DNA of 64,000 bases from Candidatus Poribacteria bacterium. GTDB taxonomy: Bacteria; Poribacteria; WGA-4E; WGA-3G. The notes below the pieces were generated by a model. That model saw only the letters and a list, made by a program, of their open reading frames with translations. It made no database searches and was not told the DNA's origin. The stretch spans positions 32,001-96,000 of the forward strand of contig OZ240248.1 of assembly GCA_965198235.1 (NCBI GenBank), in the 5' to 3' direction. This document shows positions 60,321 through 64,000 of the stretch, in pieces. Both the position numbers and the translations under genes were made by a program. The first letter of the stretch is position 1, and every line of letters begins with the position of its first letter.

Positions 60321-61178
60321 GTGCAAAATTCATTAAACCAATTTTATACTAAATCAGAGGTCGCGAGAGCATGTTGGAAGCATTTCACGGACACGCTTTC
60401 AACCCTAAACCGAAGTCTCAGCGACCTCTTTTTCATTGAGCCTGCTGCTGGCACTGGTGCGTTTTACAAACTCTTACCGTCGGAAAAGCGATTGGGCATG
60501 GATCTCGTGCCAAAATGTAGCGATGTGAAGTTCCAAGACTTCTTTAAAATCACCGATTTCCCGTTCACACCCAGTGATACAGCCATTATCGGTAATCCAC
60601 CCTTTGGCAAACGTGGAAAATTAGCGATAGACTTCTTTAACCATGCCGCCCGCTTGGCAGATATTGTCGCGTTTATCGTGCCTGTCAATTTCCGAAAGTT
60701 TGGCACTCACAAGCACCTTGATACCAGCATGCGGTTTATCAGTAAATTGCCACTTCCAAGAGATGCGTTCTATCTCGAAACTGGCAAATCCTATTCGGTA
60801 AATACGGAGTTCCAGACATGGACCCGTTTGGTAAGTGCACACCCAGACATGCGACAATACAAACCTTTACCGATTCGACATCGTGATTTTCAGATATGGC
60901 AGTATAACAACACATCTGACGCTTTGAAAGTCTTTCAAAACCCCTTCGATTTTGCTGTGCCGTGTCAGGGATGGCAGGATTACTCTCGCAGAGAGACAGA
61001 TGAAAAGCGGTGTGAGCGGAATAAGCAGTGGATGCTTTTAAAAGCGAACAACTTTAACGTTTTATCACGGTTGATACATATTGATTATGAGCATCTGGCA
61101 CAGGAGTGTGCTACGGCTGTTCCGGGTTTTCGGAAGGGGGACCTGGTGAAGGTGTACGCAGATTACTATGAGAAATAG
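60321..61178 (+). CDS. SAM-dependent amino-methyltransferase, probable orphan DNA N6-adenine MTase (gamma order)
   Basis: QFYT, IEPAAGTGAF, IGNPPFG, AFIVP. Confidence 0.8.
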   Translation: MQNSLNQFYTKSEVARACWKHFTDTLSTLNRSLSDLFFIEPAAGTGAFYKLLPSEKRLGMDLVPKCSDVKFQDFFKITDFPFTPSDTAIIGNPPFGKRGKLAIDFFNHAARLADIVAFIVPVNFRKFGTHKHLDTSMRFISKLPLPRDAFYLETGKSYSVNTEFQTWTRLVSAHPDMRQYKPLPIRHRDFQIWQYNNTSDALKVFQNPFDFAVPCQGWQDYSRRETDEKRCERNKQWMLLKANNFNVLSRLIHIDYEHLAQECATAVPGFRKGDLVKVYADYYEK

Positions 61179-61227
61179 GATTTACTTCAGAACAGCCTGT
61201 GTGAGATTGTTTGCTATCCTGTTAACT

Positions 61228-62361
61228 TTAGTGATTGGTTCTGAACCGTTCAGGTCGATAGGGCGAGAACCAGTCCACCCTTGCATCGTCGGCAATTTCC
61301 AAGGTTGCCATTTCACCCACCAAAGGTGCCAATGTTACACCGCTGTGCATTAAGGCGATATACAGATTTTGCACCGCTTCGGTAAACCCAAGTACCGGAA
61401 ACCCATCGAGCGGCATTGGACGATATCCGACCGGTGTTGGAATCGCTTCAGCGTCTGTTATCGCTGGCAAATAAGCTTTGGCACGAGCGAGGAGAGCATC
61501 GGCGTGCTGTTGAGAATTATCACGGTTTATCCCTTCTTGAGTACCCTGTCCGATGCTAAGACTCCCATCAGCCAGTTGTCGGAGGTGGAGATGCTGATGA
61601 TTCTCATCCTTCGACGGTGCATGAATGATCGCAACGTTATGTAAAACCTTAGCACACGGCGTTGTCTTAATAACGATACCCGGACTCCGTTGTTGCGGAA
61701 TATGTGTATGCGCTAAGGACGCGAGTTCAGTCGTCTGAACACCGCTTGCTAAGACAACAACATCGCACGGAAATTCGGCATCGGCGGTTTTGACAGCAGC
61801 GACACTACCGTTCCGAATAACAAACCCAGTAACGCTGGTTTGCGGGTGCACAACCGCACCCGTTTCGCGCGCGTGCTGGAGGCAAGCATCGATGAATCTG
61901 TCGGTTTCAACGTGGATATCTGCATCAGAAAAGGACGCTGCCGCCACAGTACCAGGGTGCAAGTGTGGCTCAAGTGTCAACATCTCGTCACGAGTGATTA
62001 GCCGACACGGGTAACCCCACGTCTGGATTTGCTGGATGCGTTGGCACAGTTGCGTCGCACGTTGTGGATCGTTTTCCCACCGCATTTCGCCCCCATAGTG
62101 AATACCTATATCTGCATCAAGTTGATGGGCAAGTCGGTACCACATATCCAACGAACGTCGATTGAGGGTATGGTAGGCACGCGGATCTTTCCCAAAGGCA
62201 TTTGCCCACGCGAAAGAGTGTCCAGATGCCCCGGCGCCGGGAATGTCGCGCTCCAGAACCGTTACAGCGATACCATTTCGTCGGGACAGATGATACGCGA
62301 TCGCGGCACCGATGACACCCGCACCGACTATCACAATTTTTAAATGATTGCTTCTGGTCAT
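61228..62361 (-). CDS. FAD-dependent oxidoreductase (DAO/glycine oxidase family)
   Basis: IVGAGVIG, GASGHSFAW, GYRPMPLDGFPVLG, HSGVTLAP. Confidence 0.92.
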   Translation of the reverse strand: MTRSNHLKIVIVGAGVIGAAIAYHLSRRNGIAVTVLERDIPGAGASGHSFAWANAFGKDPRAYHTLNRRSLDMWYRLAHQLDADIGIHYGGEMRWENDPQRATQLCQRIQQIQTWGYPCRLITRDEMLTLEPHLHPGTVAAASFSDADIHVETDRFIDACLQHARETGAVVHPQTSVTGFVIRNGSVAAVKTADAEFPCDVVVLASGVQTTELASLAHTHIPQQRSPGIVIKTTPCAKVLHNVAIIHAPSKDENHQHLHLRQLADGSLSIGQGTQEGINRDNSQQHADALLARAKAYLPAITDAEAIPTPVGYRPMPLDGFPVLGFTEAVQNLYIALMHSGVTLAPLVGEMATLEIADDARVDWFSPYRPERFRTNH

Positions 62362-62547
62362 CGTTCCACTTCGTTCCACGATGGTTTTGGGTGCGTTCTA
62401 ACACAATTAAGGATATGTACGTTTTTTAAGGAAATAGCATCTGGAGTCCGCTCTCACAAGCGTACACAGCACCAGTCGCGTTGCGATTTACCAAATATCG
62501 CTGTGGAACGTAGTGGAACAGCGTCCAGAGGCCCATAGTTAAAAAAT

Positions 62548-63168
62548 TTATCGATGTGCTGAGACAATAAACCCTGTTAATCCCACAAGCAACAGTTGGA
62601 AACCGGTTTGATAGAATAGCATCAAAAAAGGTTGACAGAGCGCGATTAAACCGAGCGCGATTAAGCCGACAGAAATTTGCTCACACAGGGTTTTCTGCGA
62701 AAAAACGATCGAGAAAACGATTACCCCGGGGAGAAGTAGGTGTAGGGCGGTGCTATTAAGTGATGGAAAGAAAGGCTGGTAAAGAAAAACGACACCGATG
62801 CAGGCACAGGCTGCTGAACCGATAGTCGCTGCTCGCTTCGCCGAGATCGTCATGCCAAACGCAATCGCACAGGCGAAAAGTACATGGAAAGCTGAACCAC
62901 GCAAGATTGAAGGAACAGGCAGACAGAGGAATCCGAGACTAATCGCTAAACCTATGCTGGAAATGATGGCAATTCGCCGTTTATTCTCGAAGGCAGTACC
63001 AGCGAGGATCGCAGCGATACTCAGCAACACCAGCGCGATACCTTTGAGCAAAACGGCATTTTGGGCGATGAGAGTTGGGACGAATGAGATACCCTCTACA
63101 TAGAGGAAGATCGTGCCGAGCACGAAGAACCCGATCGCAAGCAGTTGATTTCGTTTCTCTTTTGCCAT
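62548..63168 (-). CDS. Hypothetical polytopic membrane protein
   Basis: About 8 hydrophobic segments with internally repeated pattern. Confidence 0.7.
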   Translation of the reverse strand: MAKEKRNQLLAIGFFVLGTIFLYVEGISFVPTLIAQNAVLLKGIALVLLSIAAILAGTAFENKRRIAIISSIGLAISLGFLCLPVPSILRGSAFHVLFACAIAFGMTISAKRAATIGSAACACIGVVFLYQPFFPSLNSTALHLLLPGVIVFSIVFSQKTLCEQISVGLIALGLIALCQPFLMLFYQTGFQLLLVGLTGFIVSAHR

Positions 63169-63221
63169 AGCGATTTTTCGATACCTGTGGGGTGGCACCT
63201 TTAGCCGCGTTTGCCCAGATA

Positions 63222-63686
63222 TCAATCTCCCCGTTTTAGTAAACGGGCTACCCAAGTTTTGGATTGTTCCGCAATTAGTTGACTTTTCAGTGCGTCAACT
63301 TCTGCGGACAAATTCCCTCTCTCAGTTTGGAAAACTCCAATTCTTTCCCGGAGTTGCTCATTTTCGGCGATAAGTGCTTGATTCTCTGCTTCCAATTTTT
63401 CACAAGTTTCCCTGAGATGCGTAATATGAAAGACCTGACAACTGAGGTTCTCAATAATATCATCCGTTGGGATATTATAGGTGAGTTTTTTTATCAGCAG
63501 TGCGAGACCATCAATCCTTAACTGAATCTGTGGCTTTGGACGATCTCCAGAATTTTCGGGTGGGGCAGAGACGACACGCAGATATGGTTCAATGTCCACA
63601 TCTCGCCGTTCTAATGTTCGGTTGATGATTTCTTCTTCCACACCTATTATTTCGGTGATTTTGGAAGGATTCAGATAGAGGTCCAT
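63222..63686 (-). CDS. Hypothetical protein with C-terminal coiled coil
   Basis: Heptad region EKLEAENQALIAENEQL; ends KTWVARLL; RBS AGGG. Confidence 0.7.
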   Translation of the reverse strand: MDLYLNPSKITEIIGVEEEIINRTLERRDVDIEPYLRVVSAPPENSGDRPKPQIQLRIDGLALLIKKLTYNIPTDDIIENLSCQVFHITHLRETCEKLEAENQALIAENEQLRERIGVFQTERGNLSAEVDALKSQLIAEQSKTWVARLLKRGD

Positions 63687-63886
63687 TCCGAAATTTCCCT
63701 AACATGTTTCTGCTACTAACTGAAGGTTGATACTATTGCTTCCTATAGAATGCACTTAAGGAAAGCATAACATATATCAAAACATCTGACAAATTAAAAT
63801 TTCGGTGTATCTCTGCGTGTGGCTTTGAAGCACTACGTAAGTGCTCCAACACAAGGGAGCTTGGTACGGGGTAAGAAACCCAGACG

Positions 63887-64000
63887 CTATGAAATCCCAT
63901 CCCAATATTCCCACATGTCATCAGGGGTTTCAAACTTAATCTCGTCGAGATCTCTTCGGCGGTACCTACTAATGCAGGCAATTCGGACGTTGCGACCACA
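63887..64000 (-). CDS. Possible 3' end of a gene entering from the right edge
   Basis: Frame reads CGRNVRIACISRYRRRDLDEIKFETPDDMWEYWDGIS*; competes with track ORF 63733..63999; cannot decide. Confidence 0.3.
   Translation of the reverse strand, partial: CGRNVRIACISRYRRRDLDEIKFETPDDMWEYWDGIS

Noticed and set aside
63733-63999. Track ORF at right edge
   Set aside because: No recognisable features; a different frame looks at least as protein-like

Overview
Bacterial chromosomal window (standard code; TGA is an ordinary stop in several genes). It most likely comes from a sponge-symbiont Candidatus Poribacteria-like genome. This is an inference from three secreted proteins ending in VEPxxKLxTxWxxLK, LamG, ankyrin and collagen-like proteins, and many sulfatase/GH95/Gfo-Idh-MocA/PhyH/AKR catabolic genes. 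Housekeeping genes include nfo, obgE-proB-proA, tilS-hpt, rfbB and three tRNAs. Mobile DNA comprises two TnpB-only IS200/IS605-type elements and several REP-like repeat families. Standout observations: (1) a signal-peptide-bearing outer-membrane beta-barrel gene (642-1721) contains two in-frame TGA codons in a UxxU arrangement followed by hairpins, a candidate di-selenocysteine outer-membrane protein that the ORF track truncated; (2) a dispersed 243-bp palindromic element has conserved arms and fixed-length (68/38/69 nt) but sequence-hypervariable spacers; (3) two divergent tnpB genes share a structured 5' leader, and one has a GNRA-capped three-way-junction insert in its -35 box; (4) a PorV-like barrel is fused to a lytic transglycosylase; (5) two tandem collagen-like lipoproteins. 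All product calls come from motif recognition by eye; no searches were run.
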